Source: Candidatus Bathyarchaeia archaeon (GTDB taxonomy: Archaea; Thermoproteota; Bathyarchaeia; TCS64). From it: 64,000 bases of DNA. Below the pieces are notes generated by a model. The model did no database searches and was not told where the DNA came from. It worked only from the letters and a program-made list of their open reading frames with translations. Shown here piece after piece: positions 10,076-19,641 of this stretch; the first letter of the stretch is position 1, and every line of letters starts with the position of its first letter. The stretch lies in NCBI GenBank assembly GCA_050014495.1, contig JBEKDF010000001.1:1-64000 (forward strand), in the 5' to 3' direction. The position numbers and the translations under genes were made by a program.

Positions 10076-10858
10076 TTATTTGCCCTTGAAGGTTGGCTTC
10101 CTCTTCTCAAGGAATGCCCTCATTCCCTCTGTTTTGTCTTCAGTGTCAAAGCATCTCGCGTAAAGCTCCGCCTCTAGCTTATCCCCTTCCTCGAGGCTTC
10201 CATAGGAGCTGAAGTTGACGAGTCGCTTACAGTAGCCTACAGCTAGTGGCGCGCGTTCAAGTATCTTCCCTGCGAATTTCCTAGCCTCTGATATAAGTTC
10301 CTCATGCTTAACCACCTTATTTACGAGTCCAAACTTGAGCGCCATTTCAGCGTCTATGCTCTCCCCGGTGAAGAATAGCTGCTTGGCCCTCTTCGGGCCG
10401 ACGATCCTCGGTAGCCTCTGGGTGCCACCGAAGGGTGTTGTTATTCCTAAGCCAGTGGGCGGTTCTCCAAAAAGCGCTTTTTCGGAGGCCAAGACGATGT
10501 CGCAAGCGATGGCGAGGTCACACCCGGCTCCCAGGGCGAGGCCGTTGACGGCGGCGATTACGGGTTTGGGCATGCGCTCCATCTTGTCGAGGATCCTGTG
10601 TGTCATGGAGGCGAAGGAGGCCGCATCATTGCTATTCATTCCTAAGAGAGCTCTCACGTCGCCGCCTGCCGAAAATGCTCGTTCCCCCTCCCCAGTAATT
10701 ATCATCACCCTCATTTCGTCTATACTCGAAAAATCGGTCAAGGTCTGCTCGAGCTCCAGGAAAGTTTCTCTGCGGAGGGCGTTTAGCACGTCGGGCCTAT
10801 TTATCTTGACTAGTAGAATTTTATCCTCTCTATCTACGATTAGATCTTTGAAAGACAT
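10076..10858 (-). CDS. Enoyl-CoA hydratase/crotonase family protein
   Basis: INRPDVLNAL, AFSAGGD, PVIAAVNGLALGAGC, GGTQRLPR, FLEKRKP.FKG; start moved to the ATG of MSFKD. Confidence 0.9.
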   Translation of the reverse strand: MSFKDLIVDREDKILLVKINRPDVLNALRRETFLELEQTLTDFSSIDEMRVMIITGEGERAFSAGGDVRALLGMNSNDAASFASMTHRILDKMERMPKPVIAAVNGLALGAGCDLAIACDIVLASEKALFGEPPTGLGITTPFGGTQRLPRIVGPKRAKQLFFTGESIDAEMALKFGLVNKVVKHEELISEARKFAGKILERAPLAVGYCKRLVNFSSYGSLEEGDKLEAELYARCFDTEDKTEGMRAFLEKRKPTFKGK

Positions 10859-11008
10859 AGTATTCGAATAAGGTAATTTGTTGTTTCTATTATATTGTAG
10901 TTCTGGACAGCTCAGTTCACTAAGTGTTCGCTTGGACTGGAGACAAGTGAACATAGAAATATCCTTGGGACGATTTGATAAAAGCTAGTCGCCTATACTT
11001 TTTCGGGA

Positions 11009-11953
11009 TTATAAGGAGTTGGGCTGCTTGGAACTTGCCTGCGGTGACTCTTCCTCATCGCTGTCTTCTTTGCTCTCGCCACCGTAGATGAACTGGAGGT
11101 CGTCGAAGCTAAGCTTCTCACCCGCAGCCATCTTGCGTTGAGCCTCCTGGCGTAGAGCCTCGACCCTGGCGTTGACCTTCGCCATCTTGTCTCTCTCGAC
11201 CTTTAGATCATCTGCTCTTAAGCCATCTCTTATACCACGGAACTGGAGCCCGATGCCATCTAGCTCCTGTTCGACCTTTTTAACCTCCCCGAGGTATTCG
11301 ACGAACTTTGCGTGTGCCTGGTTGGCCTTCTCCCTCTCGTCGTCGGCCTTCCTGTGTAGGAGGAGCATCGACTCGTGGTGCTTCTGGCTCTCTTCACGGA
11401 GTTTGTTCATCTCGTCACGTATCTGGCGGATGTTCATCTCGGTAGCCTTAGCCTCGGCTGTGGCCTCCATTGTGGCCTCGGTCTTCTTCGGGGGCTTCTT
11501 GAAGGTACTTAACCTGCGCCTCAGATTGTTGGCACGTTCGACTAGTTCTAGCTCCCGCTCCCTGTCAAGGAGTTCTCTGGTTGGGGTCGTCATGACCTCC
11601 CACTCGACGGTGTTGAGGTCGCGTTCAACCCTCCTCTTCTTGGGGAGCTCCCTGTAACCCGCCTGAACCTCTTGCTCGATGCCTGCTAGCTTCTTCCTCT
11701 TCTCGTCTAGTTGATCGTAGAGGGGTTGGAGCTTGTTCTTCACTTCGGCGACTTGTGCGTTGATCTTATCTCGTTCCTCTTTGTGTTTTATCGCCTCTTC
11801 CCGAATCTTATGGGCGGACTCGTTGATCCTATCACGCTCATCGCGCCAGCGATTGACGTGTTCAAATAGTTCGCTCCGCTTTCTGCGGAGATCGGAAGCC
11901 ATTGTTTCAAGCTGTTCGAGCTTGAGGTCGTCACCAGACATCAGCAAATACAC
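11009..11953 (-). CDS. Archaeal long coiled-coil protein (COG1340-like)
   Basis: Heptad-rich; E..V.TTP..L..ERELVE and C-terminal GEKLSFDDL motif. Confidence 0.7.
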   Translation of the reverse strand: MYLLMSGDDLKLEQLETMASDLRRKRSELFEHVNRWRDERDRINESAHKIREEAIKHKEERDKINAQVAEVKNKLQPLYDQLDEKRKKLAGIEQEVQAGYRELPKKRRVERDLNTVEWEVMTTPTRELLDRERELELVERANNLRRRLSTFKKPPKKTEATMEATAEAKATEMNIRQIRDEMNKLREESQKHHESMLLLHRKADDEREKANQAHAKFVEYLGEVKKVEQELDGIGLQFRGIRDGLRADDLKVERDKMAKVNARVEALRQEAQRKMAAGEKLSFDDLQFIYGGESKEDSDEEESPQASSKQPNSL

Positions 11954-12255
11954 CGTTTAGGGGTCTCAGACCTACGCCTACTATTCACTTCGGACCTTAT
12001 TCAAAAAGGAATCGGCTCAATATACTAAATTTTATAACAAATTTAGTTACTTCTTTCCGTTCTTAGGGTGAATAAGGGACTCAACCCATGGTTTTAAGAG
12101 TTAAATGTTTTTTAATTTAATCTAACAATTTGATTGCCTTTTTCAAGGCTATTTTTATTGAGTAGAGGCAAAGTGTAACCATAAAGGTGGTCCGAGCTGA
12201 CGGAGTCTCTCATGAAGAGGATAGTTGCGATATAAGATCCTATTGGAAGTAGGGT

Positions 12256-12882
12256 TTATTCTTCCTCTTCCTCGTCGTCTTTTGGCTTTGGGGGCTCTCC
12301 CTGTGTCTTCTTCCCGAATCCAACTATAAGATCTACTAGTTGCTTCTGGTCGACCTCCGCGCGACTCCTCCAGTCGAGGTAGAGGACGCCTTTTTCGTCC
12401 TCGCCGAGGTAACCCTGCTGAATGTATCGGTCTATACTCATCTTCACTCGCCATCCAGGTAGCTTATCTTGGAGGAGCTTCTCCACGTCCGTGCGTGGTG
12501 TCTTCCCCTGCTTCGAGATTATGTAGGCGATGGAGACTGCGAGACCCGCTATGTCATCAACGCGCCAGCCAATTGTCTTTGCAGCTTTTTGGTCGATGCC
12601 GCTGCGCATGGTAATGTAGTATCGAGCGTCGGCGAGTTGGGCCTGATCTGGGTCGATAATGTTTGTGTCATCAAGGACCCTCGTGACTTGGAGGTCGAGA
12701 GGCTGGACCTGCTTATCGAGTACTTCTAGCACGTTTTGCCAATCTGGACCGAGTTCCTGGCGGAGTTCCCATCCACGTACACCAGGTAACCTATGATGTT
12801 GGAAGAATAGTAGATGTGCTGCATCCTTTATCTTGTGGGCGTAACCGGCCTCTGATCTTATTCTTTTCGCCATATTTTCCAC
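12256..12882 (-). CDS. Putative kite (tandem winged-helix, ScpB/Nse-like) subunit of an SMC-like complex
   Basis: 208 aa; third gene of an overlapping operon with the SMC ATPase and kleisin-like gene; C-terminal wHTH-like pattern (IDRYIQQGYLGEDEKGVLYLDW). Confidence 0.55.
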   Translation of the reverse strand: MENMAKRIRSEAGYAHKIKDAAHLLFFQHHRLPGVRGWELRQELGPDWQNVLEVLDKQVQPLDLQVTRVLDDTNIIDPDQAQLADARYYITMRSGIDQKAAKTIGWRVDDIAGLAVSIAYIISKQGKTPRTDVEKLLQDKLPGWRVKMSIDRYIQQGYLGEDEKGVLYLDWRSRAEVDQKQLVDLIVGFGKKTQGEPPKPKDDEEEEE

Positions 12883-13646
12883 TCCTCGTAGTCAACCAAT
12901 GTGGGTATGCTGACCCGCACCTGACCCGGGTCTGGGTTGGGCTCGATGTTGTGTATGATCTCTATTTTCTCTCCGAATCTGTCGGATTCAATGTTTGCGT
13001 AGCCGTAACTAACTAAGAAGACCGTGAGGTAACTGCGCTTCACTGACTCCTCATATGTGTCTGCCCCAATCCAGTCCCAATAGCTGATGCGGCCACCCTT
13101 GCCGACGTGTTTCTCTAGTTCTCTCCAGAAGGACTCGATGATTTCCGCGAAGCCCTCCTCAGGTAGGTACCCAAGGGCACGTGCCTCGTCCAGGGTTGCG
13201 GTGCCTGCGTCGATTAATTGGGGGTTGGACTCCTTCCATCTCTCCGCGAGTGGGATGAGGTCGGTCCAGTAGCTGAGGCTTCCAGCAAGTGTGCTCGCGC
13301 TGAGCTGCTCCATTTGCACCATCGGGTGCCAGCTCCTGAGGAACGAGTCGGCGATGGCGGAGATGTCCATTCGTTGAATCTGTTGGTTCAGGAGGAACGG
13401 GTCCTTGTAGAGGGTGGTGCTTTGGTGTTGTATCCAGTTGTTCTGGCTTTGGAGGACCTCGCTGAGACCATTTATCGCTGCTGCGTCTGTGCAGAAGTCT
13501 CGGAGGCTTGTTGTCTCCGGGTAGTATCTGCGTATAACTTCGAGCATGTAGTCGATGTCTACCGCGAATGGCTCGACGCTACCAGCTTGGACGGCACGGC
13601 AGAGGCTAATGACTCCGTCGAGTTCGTCCCTTTTTCTGCTGCTCAT
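12858..13646 (-). CDS. Putative kleisin (ScpA-like) subunit
   Basis: N-term GSVEPFAVDI resembles ScpA IDPWDIDI; C-term V..SYLTVFLVSYG..NIESDRFGEKIEI resembles the ScpA C-terminal wHTH; 4-bp overlap with the SMC gene. Confidence 0.65.
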   Translation of the reverse strand: MSSRKRDELDGVISLCRAVQAGSVEPFAVDIDYMLEVIRRYYPETTSLRDFCTDAAAINGLSEVLQSQNNWIQHQSTTLYKDPFLLNQQIQRMDISAIADSFLRSWHPMVQMEQLSASTLAGSLSYWTDLIPLAERWKESNPQLIDAGTATLDEARALGYLPEEGFAEIIESFWRELEKHVGKGGRISYWDWIGADTYEESVKRSYLTVFLVSYGYANIESDRFGEKIEIIHNIEPNPDPGQVRVSIPTLVDYEEWKIWRKE

Positions 13647-15697
13647 TCTTGCACCAGCTTTACGCTGCTCGTTTCCTCGGTCTTGTGGATCATGATGATG
13701 TGGACATCTTTTCCCTTGAAGGTGACTTGGCTGGGTGTTATGGCCATGTATTGGTCCTTGGTACCCTCCATGGTTGAGACGATGAACTCGGAGACGACCT
13801 CCTTGTTCTTTGGGTCCATGTGGAGGTCGAACTCGTCTACTGCTCTGAATGGGCTTAGTACGTTCTGCTGCAAGGCGAGCAGGAAAGCCATCACTGTTGT
13901 GCTTCTCTCGCCTCCGCTGTGGGTGTAGGGGTCGAGGCGACTAAGCTGCCCACCCTTGAAGCTAACGAATATCTCAAGACCAGCCTCCTCGATGTCTGAG
14001 GGATTTATGAGACGGGTCTCCCCACGTGCTTGGAGTCTGCTTAGAAGGCTCTGGTAGCGGGCGTTAACCTCGTCGAGGAGGTTGTGGATGACCTCACTCC
14101 ACTTGCGTGTTCTTTCCTCTATCTCCGTCATGACTTGGCGGCGGTCCTCCTGGACTTGGGTGACCTTCTCCTGTATCTCTTTGTAGGTCTTGTTATAGGA
14201 GTCGTACATCTCCTCTGCGTCTTCGGGGACCTCTGCTAGTCCCATGAGTATGCCTGAGGTCTTCCTGATCTCGTTGAGAACGTCGTCGCTTGTTCTTCCC
14301 GTCTCGATGCGTGGTCCCTTGATCTGTGCCTCGGCCTCGGCGTCTCTGCGCTCTGTGTTAGCGCGGTCGATCTCGGCCTTTAACTCATCGATGTGGCGCT
14401 TGAGGCGGCCTCGCTTGTCCTTGAGGAGGGCTAGCTGTATCCTGCCTTCGACGTGTTGGTCGGTGGCAGTGTCGATGTTGACGCGGAGGATCTCCATCTC
14501 CTCGGTGACGCGGCTTACTGCGACCTCTGCGTCGCTAAGCTGTTTGCTAAGCTGTTTGATCCTAGACTCGGCTTCGCTTCTCTGGGTGATGAGCTCACCA
14601 CTCCATCCATCGAAGGTTTCCGTTTGCGTCTTCTCTAGTTCGTCTATGATGTTGAAGTAGTCATCGAGCTTTGTGGGTCCCTTCTTGAGACGCTCTCTGA
14701 GAGTCTGGGCGGTTATCTCGAGCTTTTTTCTCTGCTCACCGCTGCTGCCGAGCATCTTGTTTATGTTCTGAATGCGGTCCTTCGAGGAGTTTATGCTGAA
14801 TTCACTTATCCCGAGGGCTCTTTCGGCCTCGACTCTTCTCTCTATGAACTGCATCCATAGGCCGCGTAGTTGCTTGAGCATCTCGTCGCTGTCGACAACC
14901 GCTTTGCCAAAGCGGTTCATCTCCTCCTCAGCGTTGTAGAGGTCGGCGTCTGCCTGGTCCAGCTCCTGCTCTAGTTCCTTGACGTGTCCCTCCAGTTGGA
15001 GTACCCTGCTCCACGCCATCTCGCGTTGGAGGAAGTTCATTCGTGTCTGGAGTTGCTTCTTCTCCTGCAGGCGTTCATTTTGTTCCCTCCAGTAGGCGAG
15101 GGTCTCGCGGGCGCGGTCGAGTAGCTGGTTTAGGCTCTGTTCCTCGCTGAGGATCCCGCCGAGGCGCTGCTTCGCGTCGACGACGTCTCGACGGAAGGTG
15201 TTGAAGCCGACTGCCTCCTCGAGCATGACGAGGCGTTCCTGTGGGCTGAGGTTTGCGAAGCGGCCAGGCATGTTCTGGTGCATGATGATGAGCATGTTGT
15301 CGGGGTCGAAGCCGAATCCCTGTAGGAGTTCAACGACCTCAGTCTTAGATACGGTGCGTTGATTTAGTTCGAAGGTGTATTTTCCGTCGCGGCGTATGTT
15401 GCGGGCGAGGCGGACCTCGTCGATGTTGAATGTGGGGACGGGGCGTCTTCCGTTCTCACGTGGGCTATTGTCTAGAATGAGGCTGACCTCGGCCTGATCC
15501 TGCTCCCAGCGGATGAGGTCGCTGAGTTTCTTGCTTCTCTCCGTGTAGGTGTCGCCTAGTGCGACGCATATGGCTAGGAGGAAGCTGCTCTTCCCGGCGC
15601 CGTTGGGGCCGCAGACGACGTTTACGCCGTCCCTGAGTGGGATGCGTGCGTATTCATAGGACATGAAATTCTTGATTATGACTTCCTTGATCAGCAT
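13643..15697 (-). CDS. SMC-like ABC ATPase, Smc5/6-type / coalescin (ClsN)-like
   Basis: IKNFMSY, Walker A GPNGAGKS, Q-loop IMHQ, long coiled coils, signature HSGGERS, Walker B/D-loop PFRAVDEFDLHMD, ITP; only 684 aa. Confidence 0.9.
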   Translation of the reverse strand: MLIKEVIIKNFMSYEYARIPLRDGVNVVCGPNGAGKSSFLLAICVALGDTYTERSKKLSDLIRWEQDQAEVSLILDNSPRENGRRPVPTFNIDEVRLARNIRRDGKYTFELNQRTVSKTEVVELLQGFGFDPDNMLIIMHQNMPGRFANLSPQERLVMLEEAVGFNTFRRDVVDAKQRLGGILSEEQSLNQLLDRARETLAYWREQNERLQEKKQLQTRMNFLQREMAWSRVLQLEGHVKELEQELDQADADLYNAEEEMNRFGKAVVDSDEMLKQLRGLWMQFIERRVEAERALGISEFSINSSKDRIQNINKMLGSSGEQRKKLEITAQTLRERLKKGPTKLDDYFNIIDELEKTQTETFDGWSGELITQRSEAESRIKQLSKQLSDAEVAVSRVTEEMEILRVNIDTATDQHVEGRIQLALLKDKRGRLKRHIDELKAEIDRANTERRDAEAEAQIKGPRIETGRTSDDVLNEIRKTSGILMGLAEVPEDAEEMYDSYNKTYKEIQEKVTQVQEDRRQVMTEIEERTRKWSEVIHNLLDEVNARYQSLLSRLQARGETRLINPSDIEEAGLEIFVSFKGGQLSRLDPYTHSGGERSTTVMAFLLALQQNVLSPFRAVDEFDLHMDPKNKEVVSEFIVSTMEGTKDQYMAITPSQVTFKGKDVHIIMIHKTEETSSVKLVQE

Positions 15698-15812
15698 CCT
15701 GCGGCGCCTCTGAACTCCTGAGTCTAATAGTCCTCTATTTTTAAACCTACCCCGCTTTTTTCCGGTGGGGTGGATGAAAGTGAAGGTAAAGGGTAGCCCT
15801 TAAACCTTTTAC

Positions 15813-16856
15813 ATGATGGGGGTGATGGTTGAGGGGATTGTTATGGTCGAACTCTCTGCGAGGCAGGAGGAGGAGGCGAAGCGGATTCATAAGGAGGCCA
15901 TAGTCGTCGATACACACTGCGATACTTTGATGGCGTTCATGCCTCAGCAATATGGGCAACCCCCTGCGAGGAAGCTTGGTGAACGGAGTGAACGTGGTCA
16001 CATAGATCTCCCCCGAATGAAGGAGGGGGAGGTGGATTGCCAGACATTCGCCATGTACACTGGGCGCCGGGAAGGGCAGCATGACGCCCTGCTTACGGCG
16101 ATGCAAATGACTGATGTTTTCTACACGGAGATGGAGGAGAATAAGGAGGATATAGTGCCCGTGGTATCCGTAGAAGAGATTAGAGCCGCGAAGAGGGTTG
16201 GGATGTGCAGTGGCCTCCTCTCAATCGAGGGGGCGGAGCCTCTGATGGGTGATCTCGGTGTGCTTCGCGACTTTTACAAGCTCGGAGTCAGGATGGTCAG
16301 CTTCACGTGGAACTGGCGAACACCCTTCGCGGATGGTCTCGCAGCCTCCCGCGCTGAGAGCAAGCTCACGGATCTCGGCGTCAAAGCCATAGAGGAGATG
16401 GATCGCCTCGGCATAGTCCTCGACACAAGCCACATCAGCGACTCTTGCTTCTGGGATGTCGCCGATGTGAAGAAGGGCCCATTCATCGCGAGCCACAGCA
16501 ACAGCCGCGTAGTATGCGACCACAAGAGGAACCTCACCGATGACATGCTTAACGCCCTCGCGGACCACGGTGGGGTTGCGGGGATGAACTTTGCCCCCGA
16601 GTTCGTAGCAAAGGAAGGGGCAACCGTGGAGAAGCTTGTGGACCATATAGATTACATCGTGAAGAGGGTGGGGCCGGATCACGTGGGTCTTGGATCCGAC
16701 TTTGATGGAATAGGTACGCCACCAGTGGGGCTTGAGGACGTCTCGAAGATGCCAAATATTACTCGGGAGCTCGTCCGACGCGGATATGAGGAGGAGGATA
16801 TCAAGAAGATTCTAGGTGGCAATCATCTTAGGATCCTTGGAGAAATCCTCAAGTAA
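15813..16856 (+). CDS. Membrane dipeptidase (peptidase M19)
   Basis: DTHCDT, SIEG, DTSH, ASHSN, VGLGSDFDG, ILGGN motifs; true start may be 15843. Confidence 0.9.
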   Translation: MMGVMVEGIVMVELSARQEEEAKRIHKEAIVVDTHCDTLMAFMPQQYGQPPARKLGERSERGHIDLPRMKEGEVDCQTFAMYTGRREGQHDALLTAMQMTDVFYTEMEENKEDIVPVVSVEEIRAAKRVGMCSGLLSIEGAEPLMGDLGVLRDFYKLGVRMVSFTWNWRTPFADGLAASRAESKLTDLGVKAIEEMDRLGIVLDTSHISDSCFWDVADVKKGPFIASHSNSRVVCDHKRNLTDDMLNALADHGGVAGMNFAPEFVAKEGATVEKLVDHIDYIVKRVGPDHVGLGSDFDGIGTPPVGLEDVSKMPNITRELVRRGYEEEDIKKILGGNHLRILGEILK

Positions 16857-16943
16857 TAATGGCATCGAGGTTTTTTTCGGGATAGGTGTCAAATTGTTTT
16901 ATATTAATTAGTATGGTTCCCGATGGGTTTACAGGGATAGGTC

Positions 16944-18033
16944 CTGTCCGATGGTAAGCTTAAGCGGAGGCTAGGCCTCTTCGATGCGACAGCGATAAAC
17001 GTTGGAGCGATCATCGGGGGTGGCATATTCGTTGTGACGGGGATTGTGGCTGGGTTAGCGGGCTCAGCCCTCGTTGTCTCAATGTTGCTCGCCGCGATAA
17101 CTAGCCTCTTCACTGCGTTAAGCTACGCGGAGTTGGGAGCATGGTTACCACAGGAGGGAAGCGTCTACGAGTACGGGTATAGGCTACTCTTCCCCGCTGC
17201 TGGGTTCCTTGGAGGTTAGATGTGGATTCTGTCAAATATCTTCAGTGGGGTAGCGGTGGCTCGGGCTGGGCAACTACTCTGCTGCCCTGTTCCAAAATCT
17301 GAGTCCGAGCCTTGTGGCGGCGGTAGTCTGCGTTGCTTTTACCGGCCTCAATTATTTTGGGATCCAGCGCGCACGCGCGAGGGTGGCTATGGTCGCTGAG
17401 GAGATCAAGGATGCTGAGAGGGTCGTCCCTAGGGCGATTATGCTCTCACTCGCTATATCAACGGTTTTCTACATTGCTGTGGGGTTGGTGGCGGTGGGGC
17501 TCGTGGGTGCTGGTGGCCTTTCAGGTACAGGGCACCCGTTGGCTGTCGCGATGGCGGTAACGGGAAGCGACACGGCTGTCCTACTCGTCTCCCTGGGGGG
17601 AATCATCTCCACTGCGAGTGTCCTCCTGACGAGCATCCTCGGAGTCTCGAGACTAGGTTTCGCCATGTCACGGCGCGGAGACATGCCCACCGCACTAGGT
17701 AGGCTTCACACCAGATACGGATCACCAAGTATCTCAGTGATCCTGACAGGTGCCTTAATGACTGCTCTTGCGTTATTCTTCGATTTGAGCAGCGTGGTTG
17801 CTGTAGGCACCTTTGCGATGCTCTTCTACTATTGTATTGGGAACTTGTCAGCTGTTAGGCTTCCGAAATCTTATGCTCGTTACCCTTCATATGTGCCCTT
17901 GCTCGGGGTGATGAGCTGCTTAGCTTTCTTAGTCTTTGCTGTTTTCCTTTCGCCCAGTTCTTTGGTGGTTGGTTTGGTTGCGCTTGGCGTAGGTTCCCTC
18001 TACTACCTTCTGATTCACCGTAAAAGGATCTGA
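16944..18033 (+). pseudogene. APC-family amino acid permease, disrupted
   Basis: LKRRLGLFDATAINVGAIIGGGIF N-terminus; in-frame TAG at 17217-17219 where Trp is expected; frameshift near 17260; internal deletion at 17367-17379 joining NYFGIQ to ARVAMVAEE. Confidence 0.85.
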
Positions 18034-18099
18034 TGATCTCTAACTCTGCACGAATAAAGAGAAGAGAAAGATAAAAAAACGGATTCAGTGTGTGAAGTC

Positions 18100-19281
18100 T
18101 TAAGCTTTGATTCCTTTGACTGCTTTTTCGAGTCTCTCAAGGGCTTGCTTCATGGTACTTCTTGGGCAAGCGATATTCCATCTCATGAACATGGATCCAC
18201 CGCTACCGAACATCGTGCCATCGTCAAACCAGAGTTTCGCCTTCTTCAGCATGAAGTCATGGAGAACTGCGTCGTCCATGCCTAGGGAGGTGCAGTCCAC
18301 CCATGCGAGGTAGGTGCCCTCAAGCGGGTATACTTTTAGTCCGGGGATCTTCTCCTTGATGAACTTCTCAAGGTAAGCGAGGTTCCCTTTCAGATACACG
18401 AGGAGCTCATCCAGCCATGCCTCACCCTTCGCGTATGCTGCTTCCTGCGCCACCATTCCGAATATGTTGGCGGAGTGGATACCTGAGTTCGTCGTTACGT
18501 TTAGGAACGCGTCCCTGAGCTTTTTATTCGGTATGACGGCGTCCGAATTAGATAATCCGGCGAGGTTGAAGGTCTTACTGGGGGCAGTCAGGGTCACAGT
18601 TCTCTGCATCGCCTTCTCTGAGATAGTTGCGGTACAGGTGTGCTTTATCTTCCCAAGGATGAGGTCAAAATGGATCTCATCAGATATGATCAATATGTCT
18701 TTCTTCTCGCAGACCTCCACTAGTTGCTCAAGCTCTGCCTTGGTCCAGACCCGGCCCACTGGGTTGTGGGGGCTACAGAGAATGATCATCTTTGTCCTGC
18801 CATCGATCTTCTTCTCTAGGTCCTCGTAATCCATCTCGTATCTTCCCTTCACGATTTTGAGGGGGTTATCGACGAGCTGCCTACCGTTGTTTAGTATCGC
18901 GTTCTTCATGGGGTAGTAGACAGGTGGCTGGATGATGACTTTGTCACCGGGCTGCGAATATGCCTGGATTGCAAAGTTGAAGCCTGCTACGACGCCTGGT
19001 GAGTAGCAGATCCATTCCCGCTGGATCCCGCTCCAATCGTGACGCTTCTTCATCCAGTTGATGAAATTGTTGTAGTACGCTTCGGTACTACTGGTGTACC
19101 CGTAGATGGGGTGGGCTGCCCGAGCCTTGATCGCTTCCTGGACCGCTGGAGGGCTCGCGAAATCCATGTCCGCGACCCAGAGAGGTATAACGTCCGCTAC
19201 ACCCGAGTATTCCTTCCTGTAGCTCCACTTCGAGGAGCTTGTTGGGAGTCTGTCGATTATCGTGTCGAAGTCATAAACCAT
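18100..19281 (-). CDS. MalY/PatB family PLP C-S lyase (cystathionine beta-lyase-like)
   Basis: PLWVADMDF, LCSPHNPVGRVW, SDEIH, APSKTFNLAG, EGTYLAWVD. Confidence 0.9.
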   Translation of the reverse strand: MVYDFDTIIDRLPTSSSKWSYRKEYSGVADVIPLWVADMDFASPPAVQEAIKARAAHPIYGYTSSTEAYYNNFINWMKKRHDWSGIQREWICYSPGVVAGFNFAIQAYSQPGDKVIIQPPVYYPMKNAILNNGRQLVDNPLKIVKGRYEMDYEDLEKKIDGRTKMIILCSPHNPVGRVWTKAELEQLVEVCEKKDILIISDEIHFDLILGKIKHTCTATISEKAMQRTVTLTAPSKTFNLAGLSNSDAVIPNKKLRDAFLNVTTNSGIHSANIFGMVAQEAAYAKGEAWLDELLVYLKGNLAYLEKFIKEKIPGLKVYPLEGTYLAWVDCTSLGMDDAVLHDFMLKKAKLWFDDGTMFGSGGSMFMRWNIACPRSTMKQALERLEKAVKGIKA

Positions 19282-19641
19282 TGCTGATTCACTGTATGAG
19301 AATACACATGCTACCTAGATATGAGTTCATCTCATGTGACGACAAAACACTAAGAATGTCATCACACACGAAACTCTCGCGCAGAGAATGTTATCGCAAG
19401 GGCAGTAAAATCAGTATGCACGCTCTCGCGCGCGTAGTCAGCAAATCGAAGGAGGAGTACAAGTCCCGTAAGTGTACTCGAGGAAGATCTTCATGGTCTT
19501 GTGAGGGATATAAAAAGAGAAAAATTTGGTGGATCAGCCTGTCTTAGGAGCGTGTACTTTTCCTGCGAATCCAGCATGTGAATGCTTAAAACGAAAAAAT
19601 GCGTTCTTGTGTAGGATATTAATTCGTTTATTTATGGGGTT

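Noticed and set aside
10249..10256. GCGCGCGT inside the enoyl-CoA hydratase (also 6-7-mers in scpB, purD, ltaE, lhr)
   Set aside because: Encodes ordinary residues in intact genes with no sign of a junction; these show that short tracts also arise by chance, so statistics are needed
12256..15697. Wadjet (JetABCD) or Rad50/Mre11 assignment
   Set aside because: No JetD/Toprim or Mre11 nuclease adjacent, no CxxC hook, and the ATPase is much shorter than JetC
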